64,000 bases of DNA. Source: Candidatus Magasanikiibacteriota bacterium. Lineage in GTDB: Bacteria; Patescibacteriota; Patescibacteriia; Magasanikbacterales; UBA922. Made by a program: the position numbers and the translations under genes. The stretch is taken from positions 691 through 64,690 of the forward strand of contig JBAYJP010000002.1 of NCBI GenBank assembly GCA_041665025.1. The letters are read 5' to 3'. Within the stretch, counting starts at the first letter, position 1. Each line of letters opens with the position of its first letter. Shown here in pieces: positions 8,494 through 19,114 of this stretch. The notes under the pieces were generated by a model. That model ran no database searches and was not told the DNA's origin. It saw only the letters and a program-made list of their open reading frames with translations.

Positions 8494-10749
8494 TTATCGG
8501 TCTCGTCTAAATCCCCCGCCTCTATTTCCTCCACCACTATTTCCTCTAAACCCACCTCCACGTCTGTCAGATGAACCAGAAGCACTATGACTTGGCTGAT
8601 CTACATATCCTTCTGGCTTTGGTTTCAAGAGTTTCATGGATAAATTCACACGACCGAGTTGGTCAATTTCTTTTACTTTTACTTTTACCATGTCGCCAAT
8701 CTTCAATATATCAGAAGGCTTACCAACGCGTTCCCATGCAATCTCACTTACATGTACCAATCCATCTTGGCCTGGCAAGATTTCTACAAACGCGCCAAAA
8801 TCTTCCAAGCGAGACACTTTTCCTTCAAATTCTTCGCCTGCAGTGACTTCATGAGTCAAATCTTGAATCATCTTAACTGCTTTTCTCATTCCTTCTGCAT
8901 CGTTTGAAGTCACCATCACACGGCCATCTTGTTCAATGTCAATTTGAACACCGGTGTCTTCAATAATTTTATTGATAACTTTTCCACCAGGACCAATAAC
9001 GGCACGAATTTTTTCTGGATTGATTTGAATAGTTTCAATGCGTGGAGCATATTGGGATAATTCTTTGCGAGGTTCTGCAATAGCAGAAGCCATAACACCC
9101 AAAATCTGCAAACGCGCTTCACGAGCTTGTTTAATTGTCTGTTCAACGATATCCCATGTCAAACCATGTGTCTTGGTATCCATTTGAATCGCGGTAATAC
9201 CATCAGCTGTTCCAGCGATTTTGAAATCCATTCCTCCAGGACCATCTTCGACATCTTGCAAGTCAGTCAATACTTTCCAATTTTTTTCATCTGACGCAAG
9301 TCCCATAGCAATACCGGCAACTGGTTTTTGAATAGGTACGCCTGCTGCCATAAGTGACAATGTTGAACCGCATGTTGATGCCATAGAGCTCGATCCATTT
9401 GAACCCAACACTTCGGACACCACGCGAATGGCATAAGGAAAATCTACTTCTTTTGGCAAAACCGGTTCAAGAGCTCGCTCTGCCAAAGCGCCATGCCCAA
9501 TAGCACGACGACTTGGTCCACGCATAGGACCTGCTTCGCCATACGTATATGGACCATCGTTATAATGATGCATGTAACGTTTCTTTCCTTCTTCTTCCAT
9601 GGTATCAAGCGTCTGCACATCACCAGGAGCTCCAAGAGTTACGACAGACAACACCTGTGTGTCTCCACGCATAAACATGGCAGAACCATGCACGCGAGGA
9701 AGCATATCAATACCCACTTGAAGTTCACGAATGTCTGTGAGCTTTCGTCCATCCAAACGCTCAGTCTTACTCAAGATGCGTGCGCTAATTACCTCAGACA
9801 CATATTGCTTGATATTTTTTAATCCAGCTTTGTGTGTGTCTGCTTCAAATCCTTTTTCTGTAAGATATACCTTCAACTGTTCTTCAAATTTAGTAAGCAT
9901 GGTATTGCGTTCATCTTTTGAAACTTTTGGCGCGTCAAAAATCATGTCATCAGTATGATCAATAATATATTTCTTTACTGCTTGGCGAACTTGTTCCTCC
10001 ACATTGTCTTCAATACCTTTCACATCATCTGCAATAGCAGGCAATGCAATTTTTTCTTTTCCCACTTCTTTTTGAATTTTTGCAATCAAATCAATAACAG
10101 GTTTCAATTCCTTACATCCCCATTTCATAGCGTCAAGTGCGATAGATTCTGGAACTTCGTATGCACCAGCCTCTACCATGACTAACTTTTCTGGTGTACC
10201 TGCAACAACCAAATCAAGCTTATTATTTTCTTCTAACTCTTTGGATGTAACATTCAAAATAAATTCACCATTTTCTGTTTGACCAATACGTGCTGCTGCT
10301 ATTGGACCATTCCATTGGATGGGTGAAATAGCCAATGCACAACTGGCGGCAACAAGCGCAGTAACCGCGGCGTCATTTTCTCCGTCAACTGACAGAGCAG
10401 TAACCACAACTTGGACATCATTACGAACGCGTTCATCAAACAAAGGACGAATTGCGCGGTCAATTAGACGTCCCGCGAGAATTGCTTCGTCACTTGGTCT
10501 ACCTTCACGTTTGATAAATCGGGATCCTTTTATTTTCCCTGCGGCATACAATTTTTCTTCAAAATCTACCATGAGTGGAAAATAATCTATTCCATCACGG
10601 ATATTTTTACTCTTGACAACGGTTGCTAAAATCGTGGTGTCTCCATAACGGACAACACAAGAAGCTTGTGCCTGAAGCGCAAGTCTGCCGGTCTCGATGG
10701 AGAGAGTTCGTCCACCCCATTCGATAGACCACTGTTTTGGTTGAAGCAT
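8494..10749 (-). CDS. pnp: Polyribonucleotide nucleotidyltransferase (PNPase)
   Basis: Two RNase PH domains (RLIDRAIRPLF, SNGSSSMAS, DFKIAGT), KH domain (IGPGGK) and S1 domain. Confidence 0.98.
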   Translation of the reverse strand: MLQPKQWSIEWGGRTLSIETGRLALQAQASCVVRYGDTTILATVVKSKNIRDGIDYFPLMVDFEEKLYAAGKIKGSRFIKREGRPSDEAILAGRLIDRAIRPLFDERVRNDVQVVVTALSVDGENDAAVTALVAASCALAISPIQWNGPIAAARIGQTENGEFILNVTSKELEENNKLDLVVAGTPEKLVMVEAGAYEVPESIALDAMKWGCKELKPVIDLIAKIQKEVGKEKIALPAIADDVKGIEDNVEEQVRQAVKKYIIDHTDDMIFDAPKVSKDERNTMLTKFEEQLKVYLTEKGFEADTHKAGLKNIKQYVSEVISARILSKTERLDGRKLTDIRELQVGIDMLPRVHGSAMFMRGDTQVLSVVTLGAPGDVQTLDTMEEEGKKRYMHHYNDGPYTYGEAGPMRGPSRRAIGHGALAERALEPVLPKEVDFPYAIRVVSEVLGSNGSSSMASTCGSTLSLMAAGVPIQKPVAGIAMGLASDEKNWKVLTDLQDVEDGPGGMDFKIAGTADGITAIQMDTKTHGLTWDIVEQTIKQAREARLQILGVMASAIAEPRKELSQYAPRIETIQINPEKIRAVIGPGGKVINKIIEDTGVQIDIEQDGRVMVTSNDAEGMRKAVKMIQDLTHEVTAGEEFEGKVSRLEDFGAFVEILPGQDGLVHVSEIAWERVGKPSDILKIGDMVKVKVKEIDQLGRVNLSMKLLKPKPEGYVDQPSHSASGSSDRRGGGFRGNSGGGNRGGGFRRDR

Positions 10750-10834
10750 ATCAGCTTATAGTTATGGCTGATCTTGATACGATAGACCCATATGGATCTA
10801 GGTGTCTCAAGACCAACTCTGGTTAATAATTTAT

Positions 10835-10928
10835 AATTTCAAATTTTGAATTTTAAAACAATTTTAAATTCTAAAATTTTTTAATTCGAAATTGTTTCGA
10901 AATTTAAAATTCAAAATTCAAAATTTTG
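10835..10928. repeat. Tandem-repeat hairpin element, TTTTGAA/TTCAAAA family
   Basis: AATTTTGAATTTTAAAACAATTT ... AAATTGTTTCGAAATTTAAAATTCAAAATTCAAAATT. Confidence 0.65.
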
Positions 10929-10930
10929 TC

Positions 10931-11461
10931 TTATCTTTTCACATTTCTCCTACCGCCGAGCATTCCATCTCCAATAAGAAACTTACTTTTGTCTTCCGAT
11001 AGATCAATAAAATCATCCGCTTCTTCTTTCATCTTGCCCGATGCAGTTTCTCCAAATGCCACGACTTCAACTTGTTTGCCCATACTTTGTAAATAGTCTA
11101 CGAGAGGCAAGTAATCTCCATCGCCAGAAACAATGACAATTGCATCCAAACTCGGAGACAAACGAATTGCGTCAACTGCAAGCCCGACATCCCAATCTGC
11201 TTTTTTCATTCCCGTGTTGAATATTTGCAAATCTTTTTCATGCGTCTCTATGCCCAAATTGTACAAGGCTTCAAAAAAAGGCTGTTCTTCTTTGCTTTCG
11301 GTGCGCACAACATAGGCAATCGCGCGAATCAACTTCCTACCTGCGACTGCTTCTTTTACAATATTACCAAAATTAACTTTCTTGCCAAATAAGTTTTTGG
11401 CAGAATAATACATATTCTGCACATCGATAAACACCCCTACGCGTTGGTCGGGGTGTTTCAA
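10931..11461 (-). CDS. NYN domain (LabA/DUF88) protein
   Basis: FIDVQNMY, KKADWDVGLAVD and VSGDGDYLPL motifs. Probable TTG start at LKHPDQRV. Confidence 0.9.
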   Translation of the reverse strand: MKHPDQRVGVFIDVQNMYYSAKNLFGKKVNFGNIVKEAVAGRKLIRAIAYVVRTESKEEQPFFEALYNLGIETHEKDLQIFNTGMKKADWDVGLAVDAIRLSPSLDAIVIVSGDGDYLPLVDYLQSMGKQVEVVAFGETASGKMKEEADDFIDLSEDKSKFLIGDGMLGGRRNVKR

Positions 11462-11480
11462 AGGATGATTTCTGTGTAGA

Positions 11481-11849
11481 TTATTTTTCATCTTCATTGG
11501 TATTAGCATCTGCCTCATCTGCATGCGCTCCCTCTATCGCCTCTTCAATTTCCTCAATGTCTTCTTTTTCAATATATTGTTTTGCTTGTTTTAGGTTGAG
11601 TTTTTTCACAAGTTCCTCATACGAGGCGGCATTCTCGCGCTGTAAATATTTGAGTAATTTTCTGCGTTCTCCTACTTTTCGGAGAAGTCCACGGCGTGAT
11701 GAATGATCTTTGTGATGTTTCTTCAAGTGTGAAGCAAGTTCTTCGATTTCGGCAGTGAGAATAGCTACTTGCACTTCTACTGAACCGGTATCTCCCTCAT
11801 GAACTTGGTACTTCTTAATGAGACGCTGTTTTTTCTGTTTTGCGAGCAT
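11481..11849 (-). CDS. rpsO: 30S ribosomal protein S15 with acidic C-terminal tail
   Basis: DTGSVEVQVAILT..HKDHSSRRGL. Confidence 0.97.
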   Translation of the reverse strand: MLAKQKKQRLIKKYQVHEGDTGSVEVQVAILTAEIEELASHLKKHHKDHSSRRGLLRKVGERRKLLKYLQRENAASYEELVKKLNLKQAKQYIEKEDIEEIEEAIEGAHADEADANTNEDEK

Positions 11850-11930
11850 ATCATGCGAATATTTAACGGGCGCATCGTGGGCATGTCCACTATGGTCCGC
11901 TCCCTAATGGGAAATAGATAAAGCGAAATG

Positions 11931-11959
11931 AGTATAACAAATGGGAGTGACTATGTCAA
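11931..11959 (-). promoter_or_regulatory. Promoter of rpsO-NYN-pnp
   Basis: TTGACA-17-TATACT on the minus strand. Confidence 0.65.
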
Positions 11960-12021
11960 TATCAAACACAAAAACGCCGTACTGAGGCGTTTTTGTAATA
12001 TTATACTATGGCATGTCTATT

Positions 12022-13368
12022 TTATTGGAGAGGCACCGTAAATCGAAGAGTTTGTACGGTTGCATTTCCTTGGACATCTTCTGCCTCGACACGAACAGTA
12101 TATTGTTTACCAAATGTAAGTGTCCGGGTCTTGAATTCCTCGCCAAATGATTTAGCAAAATTTGGCATGGCATTATTCCAGTACAAGAAGTCTATTCCAA
12201 ATGGTTCATCTTCTGACAAGTACACGGCGACTTTTTTAAGGGGTGTTTGGCTGTCTTGCACTCGTACGTCTATTTCATACTGCCAACCTGTTTCTTTTAG
12301 CTTGCGAGGTATAGCCGCTATAGAAACTTCCGGCGCTGTCACATCATTTACTTTTGTACTTTTGACCGTAAGAATCGCACCGCCATATATATTGTAATTA
12401 TCGTAGCTCACCTTCATTTGATATTGCCCATTTGCGGTGGCAAATGTTTTGGCAGATTCTCCTAGTTTCAGAACTACTTGATTTCTGTCTGCACCCGTAA
12501 GATCCAACGTAACTTCAGAACCCTTGCTATAAAAATGCTGCGTCATGCTCACTTTGCTTGGAGAGTGATACAATGTCATCCCTTCGCACACAATATAGGT
12601 ACCATCAAATACTTTGGTATCTACACACGAGGGAATAGTATGCTTGAGATCTGTTGGAACTGGTGCCACAGAAGTTTCTATTGGTTTGATGTAGAAGTAC
12701 AAAGCGGCAACATCATCAACTTCTCCACCCATGTTTGGTATTGCAGAGACGCCGTCATTATTTTTCACCATTGCAACAAACAAAACATATTTACCTCGGT
12801 AATAATCAGTAACCGTAAAATGCTGCATTTGATTGGTAGTGGTGAACGTAGCATTTTGGAGAAGTGCCTTCACGCGCTGTGGTCCAAAATTTAAATCCTG
12901 TGCTTCGCTTGTATTCCAGATATATGCATATTGATTTGCACTGTTTGTTTGATTTGTTTGCAGAGAAAAATCAAATGCGTTTACTGAGTTTGGCACGTTT
13001 ACTACAGCAGGACGAATGTATGTCTTTGTGTCTTGATATGAAGCGTCATTGCGTGCAAAAACTCCATTTTGATTATATGCACTAAATTCTCCAATATTTG
13101 GCGTCTCACTTACTTCGACCCATTTTACTTTGTATTGCGTACTTGTTACGCAACTCAAACGATACTCACGCAACCCATGTCCCGCGTCACGAACTCCATT
13201 TTTTAGTACATATTCATTGGCGTTACCAAAACGACGCACCATAATGCCGTCCTCAACATTACGGCATGAATCAACGTTCACATTATTTGAATTTGCTCCC
13301 AAACTAACTTGAGGCGCAAGCACTGCAATAATACCAAGCAGTGCGATAGATGAAATTAATTTTTTCAT
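12022..13368 (-). CDS. Secreted / surface hypothetical protein, beta-rich with an Ig-like C-terminus
   Basis: MKKLISSIALLGIIAVLA signal peptide; DVTAPEVSI...YTVRVEAEDVQGN Ig-like pattern. Confidence 0.75.
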   Translation of the reverse strand: MKKLISSIALLGIIAVLAPQVSLGANSNNVNVDSCRNVEDGIMVRRFGNANEYVLKNGVRDAGHGLREYRLSCVTSTQYKVKWVEVSETPNIGEFSAYNQNGVFARNDASYQDTKTYIRPAVVNVPNSVNAFDFSLQTNQTNSANQYAYIWNTSEAQDLNFGPQRVKALLQNATFTTTNQMQHFTVTDYYRGKYVLFVAMVKNNDGVSAIPNMGGEVDDVAALYFYIKPIETSVAPVPTDLKHTIPSCVDTKVFDGTYIVCEGMTLYHSPSKVSMTQHFYSKGSEVTLDLTGADRNQVVLKLGESAKTFATANGQYQMKVSYDNYNIYGGAILTVKSTKVNDVTAPEVSIAAIPRKLKETGWQYEIDVRVQDSQTPLKKVAVYLSEDEPFGIDFLYWNNAMPNFAKSFGEEFKTRTLTFGKQYTVRVEAEDVQGNATVQTLRFTVPLQ

Positions 13369-13520
13369 AGTATAGGTAATTAAAGGTTATGTATAATTTT
13401 GCTCGATCTCCTTGTTCGACCTTGCATACTATAGAACGCTTCCTCACTATCTTTTATTACACATAGATTAAATTATGGCTAGAATAAGCAAAAAAAGAAC
13501 CCTCTTCTGAGAGTTCTTTT

Positions 13521-13560
13521 TAACTTAGGTACTTAGTCAACTTATCTTACTTAGATAACT
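13521..13560. repeat. ACTTAG 9-mer tandem tract overlapping the tsf stop
   Basis: TAACTTAGG-TACTTAGT-CAACTTATC-TTACTTAGA-TAACT. Related tracts at 26985-27025 and 60253-60295. Confidence 0.7.
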
Positions 13561-14197
13561 GTTCTTCAACTTCTTTCACAAAATCAGTAGACTTTTTTTC
13601 CATTCCTTCACCTACTTCATAGCGGACAAAACGACGCAAGGTTATTTTCTCTCCAATTTCTCCAGTCATTGCGGTCAGCAATTGTTCAATTGTCTTGTCT
13701 TCATCTTTGATGAAAGGCTGTTCAAGCAAACACATTTCTGAATAAAATTTACTCATTTTTCCTTCGATGATTTTTTCCACAATCTCTGCCGGCTTATTTT
13801 CTTGTTTCATCTGTTCACGATATACATTTTTTTCGCGTTCCATATCCTCCACGGCAACTTCGGTTCGCGACAAATATCGTGGGTTCATAGCTGCAATATG
13901 CATAGCAATATCGGCACCCAATTGAGAAAACTTGTCATTCTTTGCGACAAAATCTGTTTCAGAATTCAACTCAACTAACACGCCAATTCTTCCGCCGGCA
14001 TGCAAATAACTAAATATTTTTCCTTCTGCGGCGATTTTGTCTGCGCGCTTTGCAGCTTTGGCTGCGCCTTTTTTGCGAAGGATATCAATAGCTTTTTCGT
14101 AATTTCCCTGTGCTTCTTCAAGTGCACTTTTGCAATCCATCATACCAGCGCCTGTTTGGGCACGGAGTTTGGCGATATCTTGTGCGGTAATGCTCAT
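13547..14197 (-). CDS. tsf: Elongation factor Ts (short form)
   Basis: LRAQTGAGMMDCK, ELNSETDFVA. Confidence 0.97.
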   Translation of the reverse strand: MSITAQDIAKLRAQTGAGMMDCKSALEEAQGNYEKAIDILRKKGAAKAAKRADKIAAEGKIFSYLHAGGRIGVLVELNSETDFVAKNDKFSQLGADIAMHIAAMNPRYLSRTEVAVEDMEREKNVYREQMKQENKPAEIVEKIIEGKMSKFYSEMCLLEQPFIKDEDKTIEQLLTAMTGEIGEKITLRRFVRYEVGEGMEKKSTDFVKEVEEQLSK

Positions 14198-14220
14198 AAA
14201 ATTATTTTAAAATGAAAGAA

Positions 14221-14286
14221 ATAGGGTTTTGGGTTAGGATGCCAGAAATGTAATTCCGGTTTCTTTGCCCAATTCCCAAAACCTAT
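14221..14286. repeat. Hairpin element, TGGG..AAGGAAACCAGA / TCTGGTTTCCT..CCCA family
   Basis: Inverted arms ATAGGGTTTTGGGTTAGGATGCCAGAA / TTCCGGTTTCTTTGCCCAATTCCCAAAACCTAT. Relatives at 22916, 30728, 44589 and 49134. Confidence 0.75.
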
Positions 14287-14287
14287 T

Positions 14288-15049
14288 TTATTTCTTATCT
14301 TCAACTTTAGCTTTTACAACAACTGGTGCTTTTGGAGCAAGTGGTTTTTGTATGACTTCTTTTGGAATCTCGGCTACGCCCTCTTTTATCGTATCGCGCA
14401 TAAGGCCGACGATCATTTCAATAGATTTTACTGCGTCGTCATTGGCTGGAATAACATACTGGACTTTGGTTGGATTTGCGTTTGCGTCGCAAACTCCGAT
14501 AATAGGCACGTTCATTCTGTTTGCTTCAGTCACTGCAGTTTTCTCGCGTTGAACAGAAGGGACAAACAACGCATCAGGCATGCGAGTAAGTGAACTCAAA
14601 CCTGCCAAATACGTATCTTGTTTTTCAAGCAATTTAGCAATATCCAATTGTTCTTTCTTCGTATAGTGTCCCAATTCTCCTTTTGCTTGTTTATCCTTGA
14701 GATCATTATACTTGCGAATCAACTTTTTGATTTCAACAAAATTGGTAAGCATACCACCGAGCCACCGCTCAGTCATATAGGGCATACCGCAATCTTGCGC
14801 TGCTTTTTTTACAATTTCGCGTGCTTGAGGCTTGGTGGTCACAAACAAAATTCTCTTCCCTTCGGAAGCCATTTTCTTTATTTCCGGCAACACTTTTTCA
14901 AGTTGCGCTTTTGTCTTGTCCAAATCCAATATATGGACTTGATTGCGTTGGGTAAAGATGAAAGGTTTCATCTTTGGGTGCCAACGCGAAACTCTGTGTC
15001 CAAAGTGGACACCTGCCTGGAGCATGTCCAGTACTGAAGGAATGTTCAT
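14288..15049 (-). CDS. rpsB: 30S ribosomal protein S2
   Basis: MLQAGVHFGH..WHPKMKPFI, RWLGGMLTN, PANDD. Confidence 0.98.
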   Translation of the reverse strand: MNIPSVLDMLQAGVHFGHRVSRWHPKMKPFIFTQRNQVHILDLDKTKAQLEKVLPEIKKMASEGKRILFVTTKPQAREIVKKAAQDCGMPYMTERWLGGMLTNFVEIKKLIRKYNDLKDKQAKGELGHYTKKEQLDIAKLLEKQDTYLAGLSSLTRMPDALFVPSVQREKTAVTEANRMNVPIIGVCDANANPTKVQYVIPANDDAVKSIEMIVGLMRDTIKEGVAEIPKEVIQKPLAPKAPVVVKAKVEDKK

Positions 15050-15253
15050 AATAGTATTTTCCTTTTTAACCGCGTAGTTGCGAAAGCAACTTTACGCGGT
15101 GCCATGTGGTCGTGAAACGACATTGCATGGCCCGCTTCTCCGTTTGCCCCTTTAGGGGGAGGAAAACCTGCGGAGAATGAGGGATAAATAAATGTGCCTT
15201 CCTTTTTAGGAGAGGCGCGCATAGTGTAACAAAGCTCATTTCAGATGTCAAGT

Positions 15254-15451
15254 CTAAACAACTAAGTCACTTAGTTTGATCGCCCCTACAGGACATGAAT
15301 CAACAGCAGCCTGGATAGTACCGTCATCATCAGTTGGATTTTCCAAAGCTTCCGCCTTCCCATCTTCAGTCATGGTAAACGACCCACTACCTAGTGCGGC
15401 ACAAGTGCCACAGCCAATACAAAGATCTTTGTCTACTGTAAATTTGTTCAT
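15254..15451 (-). CDS. Ferredoxin (single Fe-S cluster)
   Basis: CIGCGTC...CPVGAI. Confidence 0.9.
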   Translation of the reverse strand: MNKFTVDKDLCIGCGTCAALGSGSFTMTEDGKAEALENPTDDDGTIQAAVDSCPVGAIKLSDLVV

Positions 15452-15617
15452 AATATATAAAAGAGATAAAACAGGCTTATTGTATCACATATACCTCTTC
15501 AGTCAAACGTGAATAACCTCTATCTTCCTCCCTTGACAAAAAACAAGGTTTTGATATAATCATCTGGCTTTTAATTTCTGCGCTTATCTGCGTAGTAATC
15601 TACATAATTCAACGTTT

Positions 15618-15962
15618 ATGAAAAAAGATACTCATCCAAAAGTATATCCCGTTGTTTTCATCGACACATCTTGTGGTGTTGAATTTGTGACTACCTCAAC
15701 CATGAAATCAGAAAAAACTCGCGATATTGACGGAGTTACTTATTTCGAGATACCTATTGAAATTTCTTCAGCTTCTCATCCTTTCTATACCGGCAAGCAA
15801 ATCTTTGTAGATACTGCCCGCCGTGTAGAAAAATTCCAAGAAAAGATGTCGAAAAAAGCTTCTGTTGCAGAAATACGCAAAGGAAAAAAGGTAAAACATG
15901 CCACCCGCGCTGCATCAAAACAAAATGACGAAAAAAAATCAGCGAAAAAAGAAGCTAAATAG
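15618..15962 (+). CDS. rpmE2: 50S ribosomal protein L31 type B
   Basis: MKKDTHP..VVFID..EISSASHPFYTGKQ..GR/RRVEKF. Promoter TTGACA-16-TATAAT at 15533-15560. Confidence 0.95.
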   Translation: MKKDTHPKVYPVVFIDTSCGVEFVTTSTMKSEKTRDIDGVTYFEIPIEISSASHPFYTGKQIFVDTARRVEKFQEKMSKKASVAEIRKGKKVKHATRAASKQNDEKKSAKKEAK

Positions 15963-16011
15963 CAACGAAAAAACAAGACAGGTGACCTTTGTGGCGCCTG
16001 TTTTTATTTAC

Positions 16012-16111
16012 TCACGTATCACATAGCACGTAACACATAACAAATAATAATTGTTGTGCTATAATATGCAAGTTGATACGTGATACGTGTTATGTGATAT
16101 GTGTTACGTGA
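16012..16111. repeat. Tandem-repeat hairpin element, CAC(G/A)TA(A/T) 7-mer family
   Basis: CACGTAT-CACATAG-CACGTAA-CACATAA ... ATACGTG-ATACGTG-TTATGTG-ATATGTG-TTACGTG. Relatives at 25961, 29788, 31300 and 58358. Confidence 0.9.
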
Positions 16112-16123
16112 CACCTGAAATAT

Positions 16124-17182
16124 ATGTTACAAAAATACCTTGACCTCAAAACTAAATACCAACAACTCGAAGCAGATTTACAAAATCCTGCTGTTATTAA
16201 TGATCAAAAAAAATTAAAACAAATTGCTCAGGAATATGATGATATCAAAGAAACTGCAGCAAAAATATTGGAACTTGAAACGACAGAAAAAAATATAGGT
16301 GAAAACGAAGCCATTATCACAGATGCCAGTGACGCCGAACTTTCTGAACTTGCACAAGCTGATATACCTATACTTGCTGAAAAAAAGACAACGCTTGAAC
16401 AAGAGCTAGCCGAACTAACTCGGACGAAAGATCCTATGGACAAAAAAGACGTCATCGTCGAAATACGCGCAGGTGCCGGGGGTGATGAAGCGGCACTGTT
16501 TGCCGGAGACCTCATGCGTATGTATATGAGATATGCAGAAAACAAAGGATGGAAAACAAAGCTCATTGATGAAAGCCGCATTGGCATTGGCGGATACAAA
16601 GAAATAATTTTTTCAATGGAAGGAACCCGCGTCTATGCTGACATGAAGTATGAAATGGGTGTACACCGTGTGCAACGCGTCCCTGAAACTGAAAAAGCCG
16701 GGCGCATACACACATCTACCGCAAGTGTTGCCGTGCTTCCTGAAATTGAAGAAGCTGAATTTGAAATCAATACAAAAGATTTGCGCATAGACACATTTTG
16801 CGCAGGGGGGCATGGTGGTCAAAGCGTCAACACCACACACAGTGCGGTACGTATTACCCATATTCCTACGAATACCGTGGTCCAATGCCAGGATGAACGA
16901 TCCCAACAACAGAATAAATTCAAAGCAATGAATGTCTTGCGTGCACGCTTGTATGAACTAGATAGAGAAAAAAAGATGGCAGCACTCGACGCCAAACGCA
17001 AAAGCCAAATTGGAAATGCAGACCGCAGTGAAAAAATCCGCACGTACAATTTTCCCCAAGACCGCATCACTGACCACAGAATCCACGAGAGTTGGAATAA
17101 TATTGGTATAATTTTAAATGGCGATTTGGAAAAAATTATTGAGGCATTGAGAAAGGTGGATTACGAAGGACAAAGCCAATGA
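16124..17182 (+). CDS. prfA: Peptide chain release factor 1
   Basis: [12 protein letters not shown] (PxT motif) and GGQ. Confidence 0.97.
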   Translation: MLQKYLDLKTKYQQLEADLQNPAVINDQKKLKQIAQEYDDIKETAAKILELETTEKNIGENEAIITDASDAELSELAQADIPILAEKKTTLEQELAELTRTKDPMDKKDVIVEIRAGAGGDEAALFAGDLMRMYMRYAENKGWKTKLIDESRIGIGGYKEIIFSMEGTRVYADMKYEMGVHRVQRVPETEKAGRIHTSTASVAVLPEIEEAEFEINTKDLRIDTFCAGGHGGQSVNTTHSAVRITHIPTNTVVQCQDERSQQQNKFKAMNVLRARLYELDREKKMAALDAKRKSQIGNADRSEKIRTYNFPQDRITDHRIHESWNNIGIILNGDLEKIIEALRKVDYEGQSQ

Positions 17183-17194
17183 CGTTAATACATT

Positions 17195-19084
17195 ATGAAA
17201 AAAATAATCGTAAAATCCCTCATCTTTGCATTTTTATGTACGGCAGCATCAATAGTAATATCATTCCTTAATTTTATACTTGACAAGCAGCTCATTGCTC
17301 TTATAGATAATTTTAAACAACTTACCATTACTAACACAAATAGCCTTGCACCAATAATTTTGACATTTAGCAAGGCTATTTTTTTATACTTTATTTTTTT
17401 CTTCTCTATCTTCCTTATCGGATTTATTATTGCAAAAAAAACTAAAAAAAAACGTTACATCTTTCTAACAATAATTCCCCTACTATCTTTAGTCACACTT
17501 AGGTCCATGGCGGTCGAACCATTCCTCTATCAATTATTTTACAACAGCTCTTCAATTATAAAATGTATAATGGATGTCACGACAAAAATCCCCTACAGTA
17601 AGATCATTTTTGATGTCTTAATCACCGCACATATTATCACACTAACTTTGATTATCGCATACACCCAAAAACAACGTTACGTCATCCTATCATTATGGAT
17701 AATTCTTTTTTCGGGCTACTATATATTCAGGACATCGGTAACACAAATACGGAACACAGAACCAAATGAAGAAACTATCATATTTATTGTCGTAGACTCT
17801 CTTAGAAAAGACGCTATAAAAAATAATCCGCAGTTATTTTTGCACACGTTATATCAAAACTCATTCGTTGCAGAAAATATGTTTACTCCAAACCCCGCAA
17901 CTGTCCCGGCGATGGCAGCAATACTGAGCAGTAAATACCCATACACTTCGCGTTCGACAGCTATGTTTTTGGATAAACAACTTGATATTTCTTATATTAA
18001 TGAACTAAAAAAAGATTATCACATCTCCATCCACACAGATTCGACAGATGACGACATAATCAATCGCTCAAACTTCAACATACCCTTTGATTATATCAAT
18101 GCTCCATATATTGATAACACCTCACAATTTATAGCTGGTGTACTCAAAAAAAATGTTGTATTGCTCTCCTTTATCATCCCCGCGGTCAGAAATATATTCA
18201 TCCCTGAATATTATGAGTCAGATATTAATACCAATAGTGAGCATCTCATTGAACCCTTCATTAACTATCTCAAACAGAACAAGAAACAAAAAAAGATAGC
18301 ATTTTTAGGTTTAGGAAATTTACACATACCCTACGAAGCACGTTACCCATACTACCAAAAATATCCGAATGCGCGTGGGACGTATTTTAACTGGTCATTT
18401 GATCACGCAGATTATCTATACGAAGGAAATGACACAGTACTAAACCAAAATATAAAAAATTTGTATCTTACCAATCTGACTGTCGCAGATGACCAGGTGA
18501 AAAACATATTTATACTTCTTCAAAACAACAACCTGCTAGCAAATACCACGGTAGTTGTACTCTCCGACCATGGTGAAAGCTTATATGAAAATGACTTGCA
18601 TCTATATTCTCACAACAATATCGAATCATCATATGTGGTAAACGTACCTTTTTTGGTATATAAAAATGAAATCCGCGGCATACAAAACTCACAAAACTTT
18701 GCACTCATGGATGCCATAGAAATCGCGCGCCATCCAGAAAATGCAGAATCATTTCGACGTGAATTCATTTATTTAGAGACTGACCTAGACTTAAAGGACA
18801 AAAAAAGTCCTCTGTATATCGAGCATGCCGGCGATGTATATGACACGGATGACATGAATAATATGAAATTCAAAGATAAAAATATCTGGCAACAATTCAA
18901 AAAACGAGGTATTATATACAAACAATATCAGCTCACATACAACCCAACAGAAGAAACGTATTCTTTGTATAATCGGATTGATGACCCACTATACCAAACA
19001 AACATACAAAACGAAAATCCAGAGATATACGCTATTATGAAAAAACAACTTGACAAATTTATAGCCGAATCAAATATCTATTAA
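17195..19084 (+). CDS. Membrane-anchored sulfatase-like / LTA-synthase-like phosphotransferase
   Basis: N-terminal TMs; IIFIVVDSLR, TVPA.AAILS, LHIPY, VLSDHGE motifs. Confidence 0.8.
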   Translation: MKKIIVKSLIFAFLCTAASIVISFLNFILDKQLIALIDNFKQLTITNTNSLAPIILTFSKAIFLYFIFFFSIFLIGFIIAKKTKKKRYIFLTIIPLLSLVTLRSMAVEPFLYQLFYNSSSIIKCIMDVTTKIPYSKIIFDVLITAHIITLTLIIAYTQKQRYVILSLWIILFSGYYIFRTSVTQIRNTEPNEETIIFIVVDSLRKDAIKNNPQLFLHTLYQNSFVAENMFTPNPATVPAMAAILSSKYPYTSRSTAMFLDKQLDISYINELKKDYHISIHTDSTDDDIINRSNFNIPFDYINAPYIDNTSQFIAGVLKKNVVLLSFIIPAVRNIFIPEYYESDINTNSEHLIEPFINYLKQNKKQKKIAFLGLGNLHIPYEARYPYYQKYPNARGTYFNWSFDHADYLYEGNDTVLNQNIKNLYLTNLTVADDQVKNIFILLQNNNLLANTTVVVLSDHGESLYENDLHLYSHNNIESSYVVNVPFLVYKNEIRGIQNSQNFALMDAIEIARHPENAESFRREFIYLETDLDLKDKKSPLYIEHAGDVYDTDDMNNMKFKDKNIWQQFKKRGIIYKQYQLTYNPTEETYSLYNRIDDPLYQTNIQNENPEIYAIMKKQLDKFIAESNIY

Positions 19085-19114
19085 GCCAAACTCCTAAATT
19101 TATTTAACCCATAT

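Noticed and set aside
13547-14197. Truncated EF-Ts as a pseudogene
   Set aside because: The short ~200-aa EF-Ts form is a normal variant and both termini are intact.
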